Part shown: positions 64,000-64,000 of the stretch, piece by piece | How positions within the stretch are numbered: the first letter of the stretch is position 1 | Layout of the letters: each line of letters opens with the position of its first letter | From: a bacterium | Lineage (GTDB): Bacteria > JAAXHH01 | DNA: 64,000 nt | Assembly (NCBI GenBank): GCA_965202605.1 | Contig: OZ241838.1 | Span: forward strand, 815,817-879,816 | Direction: 5' to 3' | Position numbers and translations under genes: made by a program | Notes under the pieces: generated by a model | Seen by the model: only the letters and a program-made list of their open reading frames with translations | The model's database searches: none | Told to the model about the DNA's origin: nothing

Positions 64000-64000
64000 G

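Noticed and set aside
1-64000. tRNA, rRNA or tmRNA genes
   Set aside because: No intergenic region contains a T-loop-like GGTTCGAAYCC box flanked by a matching acceptor stem. No rRNA-like stretches were seen. All intergenic regions are short or explained by repeats and promoters.

Overview
The window is a 64 kb, high-GC (about 65%) bacterial chromosomal segment. It is densely packed with housekeeping and catabolic genes. Recognisable genes include carA, hflX, purD, tsaC, mpl, a CtpA-like S41 protease, an ECF sigma factor with its anti-sigma factor and a DegP-like protease, two sulfatases, two PhyH dioxygenases, SDRs, aldo-keto reductases (AKRs), MFS transporters, a family-5 ABC substrate-binding protein, an XPB-like helicase, and a UvrD-like helicase fused to a DUF559-type endonuclease domain. 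BatA/vWA, GWxTD, TPR and sulfatase content hints at an FCB-group or Gemmatimonadota-like organism; this is a guess, not demonstrated. No rRNA, tRNA, CRISPR array, transposase or integrase was found.

Two stretches have clearly lower GC and look horizontally acquired:
- About 29.44-30.98 kb, roughly 44% GC, carries a single gene (29592..30845) for a 417-aa protein. Its N-terminus has a RecB/NucS-type PD-(D/E)XK nuclease core with D, ExK and QxxxY motifs. The island is bounded by a 10-bp near-identical direct repeat and a perfect 10-bp-arm palindrome. This is my best candidate for an undescribed single-gene defence or restriction-like system.
- About 11.9-14.1 kb is a small toxin-antitoxin/Fic islet. 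It holds DUF433 plus a truncated DUF5615 remnant, an orphan HigA, and a class II Fic.

A recurring oddity is the number of short perfect or near-perfect tandem duplications of 9-35 bp, in intergenic leaders and in-frame in coding tails. One is a roughly 30-bp periodic CTGA array upstream of a threonine dehydratase gene.

Everything here is inferred by eye from the sequence and the six-frame ORF track; no searches were run.
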